Source: Candidatus Micrarchaeota archaeon (GTDB lineage: Archaea > Micrarchaeota > Micrarchaeia > Micrarchaeales > CABMGC01). From it: a stretch of 64,000 bases of DNA. The position numbers and the translations under genes were made by a program. The stretch is from assembly GCA_021827925.1 (NCBI GenBank), contig JAKATZ010000024.1, positions 4,726-68,725 on the forward strand, in the 5' to 3' direction. Shown piece after piece: positions 45,030-54,423 of this stretch (position 1 is the stretch's first letter; every line of letters starts with the position of its first letter). Under the pieces are notes generated by a model. It was not told where the DNA came from and searched no databases. It saw only the letters and a list, made by a program, of their open reading frames with translations.

Positions 45030-45785
45030 ATGAGGATCTCTGCAAAGATAGCGATATACATTTTTGTAATACTGTTAATATTCCTCTTCGGGACCTTCGG
45101 CACATACGTGCTGGGGCACTACGACAACGGTTTCAACGTAAGAATCAATTCGTTGATAGATGCGGCATACTTCACAGTGATAACAGTATCGACAGTAGGA
45201 TACGGGGATATTTATCCGGTAAGCAGGACGGCGAAGATATTCGTCATGGTGCTGGTGGTAGTAGGGCTTGGCGTATTCCTGAGCGCCGTCAGCGTGCTTT
45301 CGAGTGATTTTGTGACTGAGAGAATAGAGAGGATTTCAGGCAGACCTTCTTCGATAGAAAGAAGGTTGCTAAAGAATCATGTTGTGCTGATTGGAGCAGA
45401 CACTGTGAATGCGAACCTTGCGGAAAGGCTCAAATCGAAGAACATAAAGTTTGTGATGATAACCGCGGATAAGAGCACAATGGAGAGCCTTAGGGACAAG
45501 GGCTACAGGGCTTACATAGCTGACGAGACTGACGAGAGGGATATGATGCTATTCGAACTCGGGAAGGCGAAATCGATCGTGCTAGACATGCGCGACAAGT
45601 CAAGGATGGTGTATGCAGTGCTAGTTGTAAGGAACCTTGCCAAGGATTCCAGGATAGTGATAGTTGCACATAACAAGGAAGAGGAGAGGAACGCAAGGAA
45701 GCTCGGCGCAGGGATAGGGATAATAAACCCTGCAAACCTCGCGTCGGAGATACTTTCGAAAAAGATAATGGAGCTCAAAGCATAG
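45030..45785 (+). CDS. Two-TM potassium channel with a C-terminal RCK/TrkA-N domain (MthK-like)
   Basis: The selectivity filter is TVSTVGYGDIYP, followed by the Rossmann-like HVVLIGADTVNANLAERL. Confidence 0.85.
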   Translation: MRISAKIAIYIFVILLIFLFGTFGTYVLGHYDNGFNVRINSLIDAAYFTVITVSTVGYGDIYPVSRTAKIFVMVLVVVGLGVFLSAVSVLSSDFVTERIERISGRPSSIERRLLKNHVVLIGADTVNANLAERLKSKNIKFVMITADKSTMESLRDKGYRAYIADETDERDMMLFELGKAKSIVLDMRDKSRMVYAVLVVRNLAKDSRIVIVAHNKEEERNARKLGAGIGIINPANLASEILSKKIMELKA

Positions 45786-45798
45786 AAGGAGGGAGAGA

Positions 45799-46863
45799 TT
45801 GTTGCAGGCATTATTGCTTAGGATAAACAGCAAGGACCCAGAGAGCACGAGAATACGCATAGCTGCATCCGCGATAAGGAGAGGAGGCATTGTTGTTTTC
45901 CCGACGGAGACTGTTTACGGCATAGGTGCCAACGCTCTTGACCGGAAGGCGTGCGAAGGAATATTCAGGGCAAAGGGCAGGGAGAGGGACAACCCGCTAA
46001 TCGTGCACGTGGAGGGTATGGCGATGGCGGAGCGCATAGCGCTTGTGCCTGAAAAGTACAGGAAGTTTATAGAAAAGACGTGGCCGGGACCAGTGACATT
46101 CGTAATGAGGGCAAGGAGCGCCTTGCCCAAGGTCGTCACTGCCGGCAGAAAGACAGTCGCGGTGCGCATGCCTGCTAACAGGATAGCGTTGGCACTCATA
46201 AGGGAGAGCGGCGTACCGATAGCTGCGCCGAGTGCGAACAAGTCAAAGATGCCCTCGTCGACTTCGGCGGCGCATTCGATGAGATACTTCGGCGAGACTG
46301 CAGATGTCATAATAGACGGGGGGAAAGCGCGCATAGGACTTGAATCGACGGTTGTTGACCTTCGCAGCTTCTCGCTGCTCAGGCCAGGCGCTATGACTGC
46401 CGAGAGGATCGAGCGCGTGTTTGGGAGAAAATTGAATATGCTGCACGAAAAGAAAGTAAGGAGTGGCAGAGCGCCGCCCAGCCCAGGCATGAAATACAAG
46501 CACTATGCGCCGGAAAAGCCGCTCTTCCTGTTTGAGGGCAGGGCTGCTGCGCTTGCTCCAATTCTGAAGAAAACAGGCAGGAAGGCCGCATTCATAGGCT
46601 CTTCCGAGTCGTGCATGAAGCTGCACGGCATTGCGGTGTGCATCAGCTTAGGAAGCGCGAGGAGCCAGGCGGCGGTAGCAAGGAATCTCTTCGATGCACT
46701 GATTAAAGTTGATAGCGTAGGCGCGGAGTTCGCAGTTATAGAGTCTTTCGGGGAGAGAGGCATCGGTCTCGCAATAATGAACAGGATAAGGAAGGCTTCA
46801 GACAACAAATCTTTCAGAAGCATGAAGGAGCTTGAGGCCCTGCTTTCGCAGGCAGGGTACTGA
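45799..46863 (+). CDS. sua5: L-threonylcarbamoyladenylate synthase (Sua5/YrdC with Sua5 C-terminal domain)
   Basis: VVFPTETVYGIGANALD, RAKGRERDNPLIVHV and APSANKS are present. The 354-aa length is consistent with a Sua5 extension. Confidence 0.85.
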   Translation: MLQALLLRINSKDPESTRIRIAASAIRRGGIVVFPTETVYGIGANALDRKACEGIFRAKGRERDNPLIVHVEGMAMAERIALVPEKYRKFIEKTWPGPVTFVMRARSALPKVVTAGRKTVAVRMPANRIALALIRESGVPIAAPSANKSKMPSSTSAAHSMRYFGETADVIIDGGKARIGLESTVVDLRSFSLLRPGAMTAERIERVFGRKLNMLHEKKVRSGRAPPSPGMKYKHYAPEKPLFLFEGRAAALAPILKKTGRKAAFIGSSESCMKLHGIAVCISLGSARSQAAVARNLFDALIKVDSVGAEFAVIESFGERGIGLAIMNRIRKASDNKSFRSMKELEALLSQAGY

Positions 46864-46879
46864 TTTAGGCGCACACACG

Positions 46880-47677
46880 TCAGCCGCCCCTCCTGAAAAG
46901 CCTTGAGATGAATGAGAAAAATCCCTGCGAGACTGCTTCCTTTGAGCCTATGCCTGTGCGAGTGACGTACTTAATGCTCATGTCATGTATGGCCCTCGAG
47001 AACTTTGAGCGGCGCCTGAGATATGCAGGTATGTGCGATGCCACGCTGATTGGCACGCTCTCGTCTTCTGGAAGCGCTGCGAACAGGTTATCCTTGCATA
47101 CTTCCTCTATTTCCTTGAGGCTAAGTTCGTACCGCTTGTATCTGAGCCTGTTCGCAACGAAGATCTTTGCTATCCGCGATCTCTCGTATATGTGTGCAAG
47201 CCTGACGGCGCTCACGCATGCGGACATTTCAGGAGTCAGGAGTATGAGAGCTTCTGTGTTAGAATCTATGTTGAGATACTTTAATATCCCAGTGGAAACC
47301 GGGCCAGGATATGTGTCTATGATATTGAAGTCGTAATTGGAACTCGTTATCTTCCGGTATACGTAGGAGATGTTCCTGAAGCTGGATTGATCCGGATCCT
47401 TCCCTGTTATCTCTCCGGGAAGCACGTGAAGCCCTGTCGGCCCGTGTATAGTTACTGCGCTCTCAAGGCTTGCTTTGCCGGACATTACGGCGCGTATGCC
47501 AATGTTTGCATCAGCGAGACCCATTTGGAAACCTACGCTGGGATTATAGAAGTCCATATCGGTCAGTAGGGTACGGTAACCCTGCATCCTTAGAGCGACC
47601 GCGAGATTGACAGCGACAGTTGTTTTTCCCACACCTCCTTTCTGCGAGGAGATTATAAGGTTATACGTTTTGTTCAT
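46880..47677 (-). CDS. MinD/ParA-family P-loop ATPase
   Basis: The deviant Walker A is SSQKGGVGKTTVAVNLA. The gene start lies within the last 17 nt of the upstream surface-protein gene. Confidence 0.8.
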   Translation of the reverse strand: MNKTYNLIISSQKGGVGKTTVAVNLAVALRMQGYRTLLTDMDFYNPSVGFQMGLADANIGIRAVMSGKASLESAVTIHGPTGLHVLPGEITGKDPDQSSFRNISYVYRKITSSNYDFNIIDTYPGPVSTGILKYLNIDSNTEALILLTPEMSACVSAVRLAHIYERSRIAKIFVANRLRYKRYELSLKEIEEVCKDNLFAALPEDESVPISVASHIPAYLRRRSKFSRAIHDMSIKYVTRTGIGSKEAVSQGFFSFISRLFRRGG

Positions 47678-49682
47678 CGCCGCCGCTCCTTTTGATCTGC
47701 TCGCGGATTCTTACGAGCTCTTCGGCCCTGCGTTTCTGGTAACGAGGCCTGCCTGACCTTATCCTGAGCAGTATTAATCCTACCAGAAATATTATAAATA
47801 TGGATAGACCCACCTCAAGCTCTAATAAGCCTATGTTTATCTGGTAGGTGTTTGGAGGTATCTGCTGCGGAATGGTGGTAGTTGGTATTTTCTGCAGCAC
47901 TATCAGAGGTATCGTGTAGGTAAGATTTGATCCAGCGGTAGTTATGTAAAGAGTTACCAGGTTTGTGCCTGTCTGCGATCCTGCGGTCACATTGAAGTAC
48001 TCAATCATTAGCCTGTTTGGAGTGGCGTTCACAGTCTGGGTGGGGTTCTGCACCGCGAGAGAAGGAGGAGCGGTCAGCGAAAATGCGACCGCGTGTGAAG
48101 AGGTACCTGTGTAGAGCGCATCAACCTCTATCTGTGCAGTGCTGTCATTGTAGAAAGTAGGAACCTTTATATTGAGAACGCGAATTATGCCCTGCGGATA
48201 GCTGGGGGCCGGCTCCTGTAGCGTAGCCTGTATCTGGCTTAATGCAGTTATGTTTATCGGGTTGCTTATCGAGTAGTAGACGTATGCTGCACCGCCGGCG
48301 GGGAGGTGGGCGAGGAACGATGAGATTGTGTAATCGTAATTTGATGCGTTTACGGTGCTTGGGAGCCCTGTCGCGGTGATGTTGTTCTTGCCATGTGCCA
48401 CAATTTTTGGAAGGCTTGCGACGACAGTCGCGTTGTTTATATCCTTGTTCTGCGGCCCTATGACTTGCAGAGTTACTAGTGCAGTGTTGTTCTGCGAGAT
48501 TATCTGCTTCAGCAGTAGGCTCTTGCCTGGGGAAGGGCTTGCGACAAGGAATTCGAGGAACTCGGTCCTTTGGGTAGCCACGCCGTTCACTATGCTGAGC
48601 GTCATGTTTATTGGTATCACGTAAAGACCGCTGCCAAGGCTGCCGGCACCCGGATTGAACAGTATGCGGACAGACACGCCGCTGCCAGGATTGAGAAGAA
48701 GGGAGTATGCGGAGAGGGAGAGGATCTTCGAGTATGATGAAGGGAAGGACATATTGACGTATTCCTGATTGTTTCCGGTATTGGCTATGCCCAGTTCGGA
48801 TATTGCACTGCTATTCTGCTGTGTCGAGATTAGAAGAGGGAAGGAAGTGAATGATAATGTGGGAAAGCCGGCCACCTGCTGCTTAGGAGGCGGTCCGGGC
48901 TGCTGCTGCGGAGCGGAGGAGACAAAGTAGCTTGCGTTTCTGGAATTTGAGCGCACGGTTGTCCCGTTTGCAGTGTAATTGACATATGCTGTTGCGAAGT
49001 AGCTACCGCCGCTGCCTGTTACATTGCTCAGTGATATTGTTAGGTTCTCTTCCTGTCCGGGAGTCAGCGGAGAGGCGGAAAAGTTGAACGTGTGGTCGGA
49101 GCTCCCGTTTATGATCAGGAAGAGGCTCAGCGAGTTTGATGCGAAATCGCCGATGTTCTTCAATGTCGCGTAGAATGTAACCGTTGCGCCTATGCCAGCG
49201 GATGACGGAGATTCAGAAAAGTCTAACAGGCTTATATTCACAGGCATTAGAAGGTCTATGAGCTTTGAACTGGAGTTGCTGCTGGGCCCCTGGGAAAAGT
49301 GTATCCTGGCTATGTAGTTGCCCGCAGGCAGCGCTAGCGAATTTATCGGAGCTATTGGATACGTTGCCTTCGCAGATACTATGCTATTGACTATCTCATT
49401 CTCTGATACGAACTGGTGACCCGTTGACTGGTAGGTCAGGGTGAATGTGCCTGGAACATTCTGCAGAGTGCAGGTTGATTGCGCAGACAGCGTGTAATTC
49501 AGAAGTATGTTTCCAGTACGTACGTACAGAGTATTGGCATTTAGCGTGACGTTAAACGGGCATGCAACTCCGACGTTAGCAATCACGTTCTCGGTTGTGG
49601 CGGCATTGCCTGCGCCGGGAACTGATGCAAGAATGATTGCAGCCAGAAGGGCGATTTTGATAATAGTCTTATCGCGAGTCAT
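47661..49682 (-). CDS. Large cell-surface (glyco)protein with a CARDB-like domain, signal peptide and C-terminal TM anchor
   Basis: 673 aa. The signal is IALLAAIILASVPGAGNAAT. There are many N-x-S/T sequons. VTFYATLKNIGDFASNS is CARDB-like. The C-terminus is GLSIFIIFLVGLILL plus a basic tail. Confidence 0.7.
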   Translation of the reverse strand: MTRDKTIIKIALLAAIILASVPGAGNAATTENVIANVGVACPFNVTLNANTLYVRTGNILLNYTLSAQSTCTLQNVPGTFTLTYQSTGHQFVSENEIVNSIVSAKATYPIAPINSLALPAGNYIARIHFSQGPSSNSSSKLIDLLMPVNISLLDFSESPSSAGIGATVTFYATLKNIGDFASNSLSLFLIINGSSDHTFNFSASPLTPGQEENLTISLSNVTGSGGSYFATAYVNYTANGTTVRSNSRNASYFVSSAPQQQPGPPPKQQVAGFPTLSFTSFPLLISTQQNSSAISELGIANTGNNQEYVNMSFPSSYSKILSLSAYSLLLNPGSGVSVRILFNPGAGSLGSGLYVIPINMTLSIVNGVATQRTEFLEFLVASPSPGKSLLLKQIISQNNTALVTLQVIGPQNKDINNATVVASLPKIVAHGKNNITATGLPSTVNASNYDYTISSFLAHLPAGGAAYVYYSISNPINITALSQIQATLQEPAPSYPQGIIRVLNIKVPTFYNDSTAQIEVDALYTGTSSHAVAFSLTAPPSLAVQNPTQTVNATPNRLMIEYFNVTAGSQTGTNLVTLYITTAGSNLTYTIPLIVLQKIPTTTIPQQIPPNTYQINIGLLELEVGLSIFIIFLVGLILLRIRSGRPRYQKRRAEELVRIREQIKRSGGDEQNV

Positions 49683-49795
49683 CTATGCGTCCCCATACGA
49701 ATGATAAAGATAGTAGTATAATGCTCTTACCTTCCCAACTAAATGCCTTTCTGAAGAAGTATCAACTGTCAGATAAAGCAAGAGCGGACACAGGG

Positions 49796-50197
49796 TCAGT
49801 GCCTCCCCATGTCGTAAAGAGTTACTGCAAGAAGGAGCAGGACTATAACATGCACGGCTGTGCAGAATATGCATATATTGCCGACCAGCTTTTCTAGATA
49901 AATGAAGTACACGACAAATCCTATGCCCAACGCATTCCATATGGCTAGCGCATCTTCGCTTCGCATGCGCAGTAGAAGCAGAATCTCTACTGCGAAGAAT
50001 GCTACCCCGAAAACGGCGATAGGAACACCGAGTAGGTATGCGTAGCTGCTATTAAGAACATTCTCGCAGTTTATTATCCCGCCAGAGGGACAGGCAAGAG
50101 GTATTCCAGCATAATGATATGCGGTAAGATATATGGAAATCATTATGCCGAGAAGCGAGAGTGCCAGCGAGATGCGCCTGGCGCGCGGCGATGCCAT
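49796..50197 (-). CDS. Vitamin K epoxide reductase (VKOR) family membrane protein
   Basis: The loop cysteines are LACPSGGIINC and the redox motif in a TM is CIFCTAVH. The ATG at 50197 (verified) avoids overlap with the upstream gene; the track start is 50275. Confidence 0.7.
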   Translation of the reverse strand: MASPRARRISLALSLLGIMISIYLTAYHYAGIPLACPSGGIINCENVLNSSYAYLLGVPIAVFGVAFFAVEILLLLRMRSEDALAIWNALGIGFVVYFIYLEKLVGNICIFCTAVHVIVLLLLAVTLYDMGRH

Positions 50198-50201
50198 CAG
50201 A

Positions 50202-51023
50202 TTACCCTGCGGATTCTGCCTGCTTGACATAGCCCTGGCCGCACACGCTCGCCGGAGTGTTGTTGTCCATGGCACAGATCTGTGCGGTGAGCAGGTTCGC
50301 AGAGCCCACTATGGCCTGCGATTGCATTGTTGACGGATCGTGCAACTTTCCCTCTATTATGCTCCAGTTGTCTCCGTTAAGGACAGAGAGGGGATCATAT
50401 GTCGCACCTACAAGCACAGAGCTGTTCCCGAAATCCACGAACGGTATGGAGCCCCCGGGATTATAAGCGAAGAAGGTAGTGTTCTCTTGGTGGGTGGGCC
50501 TTTGTAGAGTCGGATATGAAGGGGGAAAACTCCCGTTTATGGCCTTGTTGCCTTCAATCTCAACGCTGACGAACGAGATGTAAGGGCTGTAGTATGTGGA
50601 ATTTACGAAAGTGAACGTCGGAGAATTCGGAGCGTAGTCGCTGCTGCTGGAAGTCATGTAGGATATGCCGCTGAATGTTCCGAATCGCATCAGGGCTATT
50701 ATCATTGCCCATCTCTCTGCTGCGCAGTAAGGACAGTACTCAGCGCCTATGTAAAGCACCTCTGGCTTCCCATTTAGATAAAGTGGCGTTGTGTTCTTTA
50801 TCTTGCTTATTCCCTTGTACCCCTCAGGCCATATTCCTACAGCATTGCTCACGTTTGCAGGTATCGCCATGCCATTGAGGAATTGCGGAGATACGGGCTT
50901 GCCGTCGTATGAGACCATGCTGGCTCCGCCTGGATTCCCCGCGCCGCTGAGCGAAAATATGAGCACTGCTGAAGCAAGTATGGCCACAAGTATTACTATC
51001 AGGTGAAGGTGCTTTTTATTCAA
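50202..51023 (-). CDS. DUF929-like secreted thioredoxin-fold protein (CxxC)
   Basis: 273 aa with a signal anchor. [22 protein letters not shown] is the DUF929 signature as I recall it. It lies directly upstream of VKOR. Confidence 0.65.
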   Translation of the reverse strand: MNKKHLHLIVILVAILASAVLIFSLSGAGNPGGASMVSYDGKPVSPQFLNGMAIPANVSNAVGIWPEGYKGISKIKNTTPLYLNGKPEVLYIGAEYCPYCAAERWAMIIALMRFGTFSGISYMTSSSSDYAPNSPTFTFVNSTYYSPYISFVSVEIEGNKAINGSFPPSYPTLQRPTHQENTTFFAYNPGGSIPFVDFGNSSVLVGATYDPLSVLNGDNWSIIEGKLHDPSTMQSQAIVGSANLLTAQICAMDNNTPASVCGQGYVKQAESAG

Positions 51024-51099
51024 GAAACCACAGAGTATATAATCCAGGGTAGATATTTAAAACTATTGAGCGCCGGATTTCTTAACGGCGCTGTACGAT

Positions 51100-52521
51100 T
51101 CATGCTGTGCCGTAGGAAAGGCGCGCCTTTATTAGCTGCACAAGCTCGGAAAGCATCCTTTTCTTCTCGGATTCTCCCGAGAGTTTTATGCTTGCTGCGC
51201 TCTGGTGTCCACCTCCGGAGATTATATCTGAGGGGTGCCTTTCACGCATCTCGCGTATCACTTCTAGGAGCATTACCCGAGATGCAAGCTGTTTGTCGAC
51301 CCTTATGGAGAGGTAGGAATCAAAATGCAGCACTAGCACGCATGGAGATCCACGGAGTTCGGAAAGCTTGCCAAGCAGCTTAGAAGAGAATCTCCCCGGA
51401 AGAGGATACTTCACTCCGTCGTCACGCATCTTACTGAAATCGAGGAGGTATACGCAGGTATCCGCATATCTGTACTCCTTCACAGATTTGACAGCTTCGC
51501 CGAGAAGCTCCCCAAGCCTGACCCTCGCATAGCTTATGAGCTCTTCCCTCCTTGTTTTGTTTTCAAGCACTGCCGCTATATCCATCGGAGTTAGATTTCC
51601 AGGTGCTGACGATGCCAGTTTCGTGTCGCTTGTGAGGAGGTCAAGCAGCAAGGAGATGCCATTGTCATTACCGTCTCCTACGCGGTACGAGCTGTAATCG
51701 CCTATCAGGGATGCGTTCTCGATCATAATTGTGTCTGACCTGCATAGTGTCTTTGAGAATGCAGAAGCAAGGAATCCTGCGGTGTAGTTCGAATCGCCTT
51801 CGAATAGCCAGGGATTGGAATAATGGGCCATCCTGCTCCCGAAGAATCCTTCCGGCACTGGATGGTGATCCAACCAGAGTATATCGAACCTTTTCTCGGC
51901 GGCGTGTATGCCGGCCTCGCTCTCAGGGGCGGTGCCGAAATCTATCAGCACCAGCAGCGGCTTCTCCAGTGACTCATAGTTGTTTGATATGAGTATGTCT
52001 GAAGCTGCATCATACTCGGAGTATGTGACTCCCTTGTGCATCAGCCATACCGTGTTGGATTTTTTCACAGCGAGCTTGCCGGTTCCCATTAGCTCAGACA
52101 AAGCAAGATACAGGCAGTATGCACCGCTAGAACCGTCAGCATCGTTGTGGAACCTCACTAAGACAGGCGCGCCGTATAGAAGTTTCTTTACAAGCATGCT
52201 TGATGATGCGATGAGGGAATCCCACATCGCGCGAGTGGTTCGGTCTATCTCTTGCGAACCAGTAAGGTACGGCTCCATTATCGGAAGCCTTGCCGCCTCC
52301 TCGGATATCGCAGAAGATATGCCTCCGTTGAACAGCCCCTGCTCTTTTGGGGCAGGATAAGCGATCCCGTTCTCAGTATTTACTGCTTCGCCAAGGGAAA
52401 GCATCTCGATGCCTTTCGCCTCTTCGAGAGTAGCGCCGGATGCGGAGGCGCTCGCTACGTAATAGACAGGATTCATACCCGAATGTTTTATGCATGATAT
52501 TATTCCTTCCATAGGTTGCAC
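51100..52521 (-). CDS. RecJ-like DHH/DHHA1 phosphoesterase (archaeal RecJ/GAN family)
   Basis: The motifs HNDADGSSGA, LIDFG, WLDHHP and GGGHQSAAS occur in the canonical order. Confidence 0.8.
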   Translation of the reverse strand: MQPMEGIISCIKHSGMNPVYYVASASASGATLEEAKGIEMLSLGEAVNTENGIAYPAPKEQGLFNGGISSAISEEAARLPIMEPYLTGSQEIDRTTRAMWDSLIASSSMLVKKLLYGAPVLVRFHNDADGSSGAYCLYLALSELMGTGKLAVKKSNTVWLMHKGVTYSEYDAASDILISNNYESLEKPLLVLIDFGTAPESEAGIHAAEKRFDILWLDHHPVPEGFFGSRMAHYSNPWLFEGDSNYTAGFLASAFSKTLCRSDTIMIENASLIGDYSSYRVGDGNDNGISLLLDLLTSDTKLASSAPGNLTPMDIAAVLENKTRREELISYARVRLGELLGEAVKSVKEYRYADTCVYLLDFSKMRDDGVKYPLPGRFSSKLLGKLSELRGSPCVLVLHFDSYLSIRVDKQLASRVMLLEVIREMRERHPSDIISGGGHQSAASIKLSGESEKKRMLSELVQLIKARLSYGTA

Positions 52522-52524
52522 CGG

Positions 52525-53613
52525 CTAAGGGGTCTGGTTGAGCGTCTGGTACAGGCAGTCGCTGTTGAACGTGGCATTATGTATATACCCACAGTAGGAG
52601 GTATCATTGTAAGCTGATGCGAGACTGTCATAGCACTGGGATTGCATATCGGCAGCGCCTAGGGATGCGCATATGCTTGCATTTCTTGTGCTTATGGCCT
52701 CTGAGAGCAGAACGCCGTACACACATTCCTGGGAGTACTGCGGAGAGTTTCTGCAGTCTGAGAGGAGCATTGTGTAGTTAAGTGAGGTTGTTGCGTTGCT
52801 GCCATAAACAGGCGGTGCAGAGTAGTAGCACAGATTCAGAGCGGAGCTGCCTGAGATAGAAGGGCAATAGCTTGAGTTGTCCTGGCTCTCCGCCAGGTAC
52901 AGATAGCACAGGTCCCTCGGGCTGTATGTGCCGTTTGCTGTGGCATTCAGATAGTAGAGCAGCGGACCTAGCGATGCCGCAAGCTTCTCCCCTGTACCGG
53001 CGGAGGAGCTCAGGTTTTCGTAAAGCGCCTCGGCGATGCTGGCCGATGTGCTGTTCGTAACTGCTGTGCAGTAAAACCCATCCCCCGTGGTGGATGCTTT
53101 CTCCAGGTACACTGCGGAGAGGCACGATGCTGATGGCGAGCTATTTCCATAGCTGCATGCGCTTGCATTAGCGTGCGACAGAGCGAATGATTCAAGGCAG
53201 GCTGAACGGGAAGATGCATTAAGCATGGTGCATGGCTCTGCTGAGGAAGTTGCATTGGCTATCTCAGCGCCGCACTGCTGCGCGTATGCGGTAGATGAGA
53301 GCAGTGTGCACGTGCTCGCATTGGAGTATAGCGTAGCTGCTCCATAGTAGCACGAATCGGAATAGGGCTGAGGAAGCGAGGCGCATCCGGAAAGATTGTT
53401 GGACTGCGCAGAGAGTAAAGCCAGACAGGAATACCTTTGCTGACCCGTTCCGGAGCATCCGCCGGCGGTGCCGTGATCATATGCAAGAACCACTGATGCC
53501 GCCGCGACAAGCGCAATGCACAGTACCGCAAGAGCGTAGAGCTTTGTTTTTTCTCCTGCCGAAAGCAGGGACATGCTCCCTCCCGTACTTTCTTTCGCAT
53601 CAACGTAGGGCAT
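52525..53613 (-). CDS. Secreted or anchored Cys-repeat protein
   Basis: 362 aa with an N-terminal signal anchor. About nine ~30-aa repeats each hold a Cys pair (e.g. SDSCYYGAATLYSNASTC, RSACLESFALSHANASAC, MQSQCYDSLASAYNDTSYC) and embedded sequons. Confidence 0.6.
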   Translation of the reverse strand: MPYVDAKESTGGSMSLLSAGEKTKLYALAVLCIALVAAASVVLAYDHGTAGGCSGTGQQRYSCLALLSAQSNNLSGCASLPQPYSDSCYYGAATLYSNASTCTLLSSTAYAQQCGAEIANATSSAEPCTMLNASSRSACLESFALSHANASACSYGNSSPSASCLSAVYLEKASTTGDGFYCTAVTNSTSASIAEALYENLSSSAGTGEKLAASLGPLLYYLNATANGTYSPRDLCYLYLAESQDNSSYCPSISGSSALNLCYYSAPPVYGSNATTSLNYTMLLSDCRNSPQYSQECVYGVLLSEAISTRNASICASLGAADMQSQCYDSLASAYNDTSYCGYIHNATFNSDCLYQTLNQTP

Positions 53614-53694
53614 TGTCGCTGCACCTTTCAGGTATTTTGAACCGTTTACGCATAATTATATCAATATTGCTTCATATTTATAACCTTGTAAGCG

Positions 53695-54417
53695 GTGTTT
53701 CCATTGGACAGAAGAATCCTGGCTTTCGGCATCCTGCTGATGTTGGTAGGCGTGATTGTAGGCTCTGCTGCAATGAACAGCAGCCTTGGAGATCTGGGAG
53801 TCCATGGAACAGTTCTTGCGCCAGGAACGGCTGCGAGTATGAGCATGCAACTCAACCGTTCGAGCGAGGCCGTGCTCTCTTACAATTCTACAGCTCCCAT
53901 TGATTTTTATTTCATGGACAGCAGCGCGTTTGCCATGCTCCCCCAGAATGGTAGCGCGCATGGAATACGCGGCATCGCAGCAAGCATGAATGGCAACGGG
54001 ATTTATTTCTCTTCGGTCAACAGGAGCTATGGTGGCTTTGTATACACAGGGGAGAATGCAACGGCAGAGTTCATAGGGCCGCAGAATAACGGAAGTGGAA
54101 TATCGGGGCCTGTTACACTGAAGAACGGCACGTATTATGCAGTTTACGCGGACAACTATCCCTATGCCGCGAATGTGGTAACGGGATTTAATTACATAAA
54201 CCCGCAGTCGATACCGGCATCGGTCTCGTTTGCAGGGCTGATGTTCATGGCAGGCGTAATCGCAGTCATACTGTCATTCCTTAGGAAAGGCAAGGGAAAC
54301 GCAGAGCCGAGGGAGGAGGAGATAAGGAGGGCGTATGATGAGATAGACGCGGATAACGCAAGAACGGGTAGCAAGAGCAGGAAAGGGAAGGCTGCTCGGA
54401 AAAGGAGCAGGGGCTGA
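53695..54417 (+). CDS. Bitopic membrane protein (TM, ~170-aa ectodomain, TM, basic tail); first gene of the KaiC-like operon
   Basis: 240 aa with a GTG start. The TM segments are ILAFGILLMLVGVIVGSAA and FAGLMFMAGVIAVILSFL. The C-terminal tail is rich in K/R. Confidence 0.55.
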   Translation: MFPLDRRILAFGILLMLVGVIVGSAAMNSSLGDLGVHGTVLAPGTAASMSMQLNRSSEAVLSYNSTAPIDFYFMDSSAFAMLPQNGSAHGIRGIAASMNGNGIYFSSVNRSYGGFVYTGENATAEFIGPQNNGSGISGPVTLKNGTYYAVYADNYPYAANVVTGFNYINPQSIPASVSFAGLMFMAGVIAVILSFLRKGKGNAEPREEEIRRAYDEIDADNARTGSKSRKGKAARKRSRG

Positions 54418-54423
54418 GGCGCT

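Noticed and set aside
44843-45307. 154-aa plus-strand ORF overlapping the K+ channel gene start
   Set aside because: The channel ORF (45030..45785) has the TVGYGD filter and an RCK domain. The competing frame has no features.
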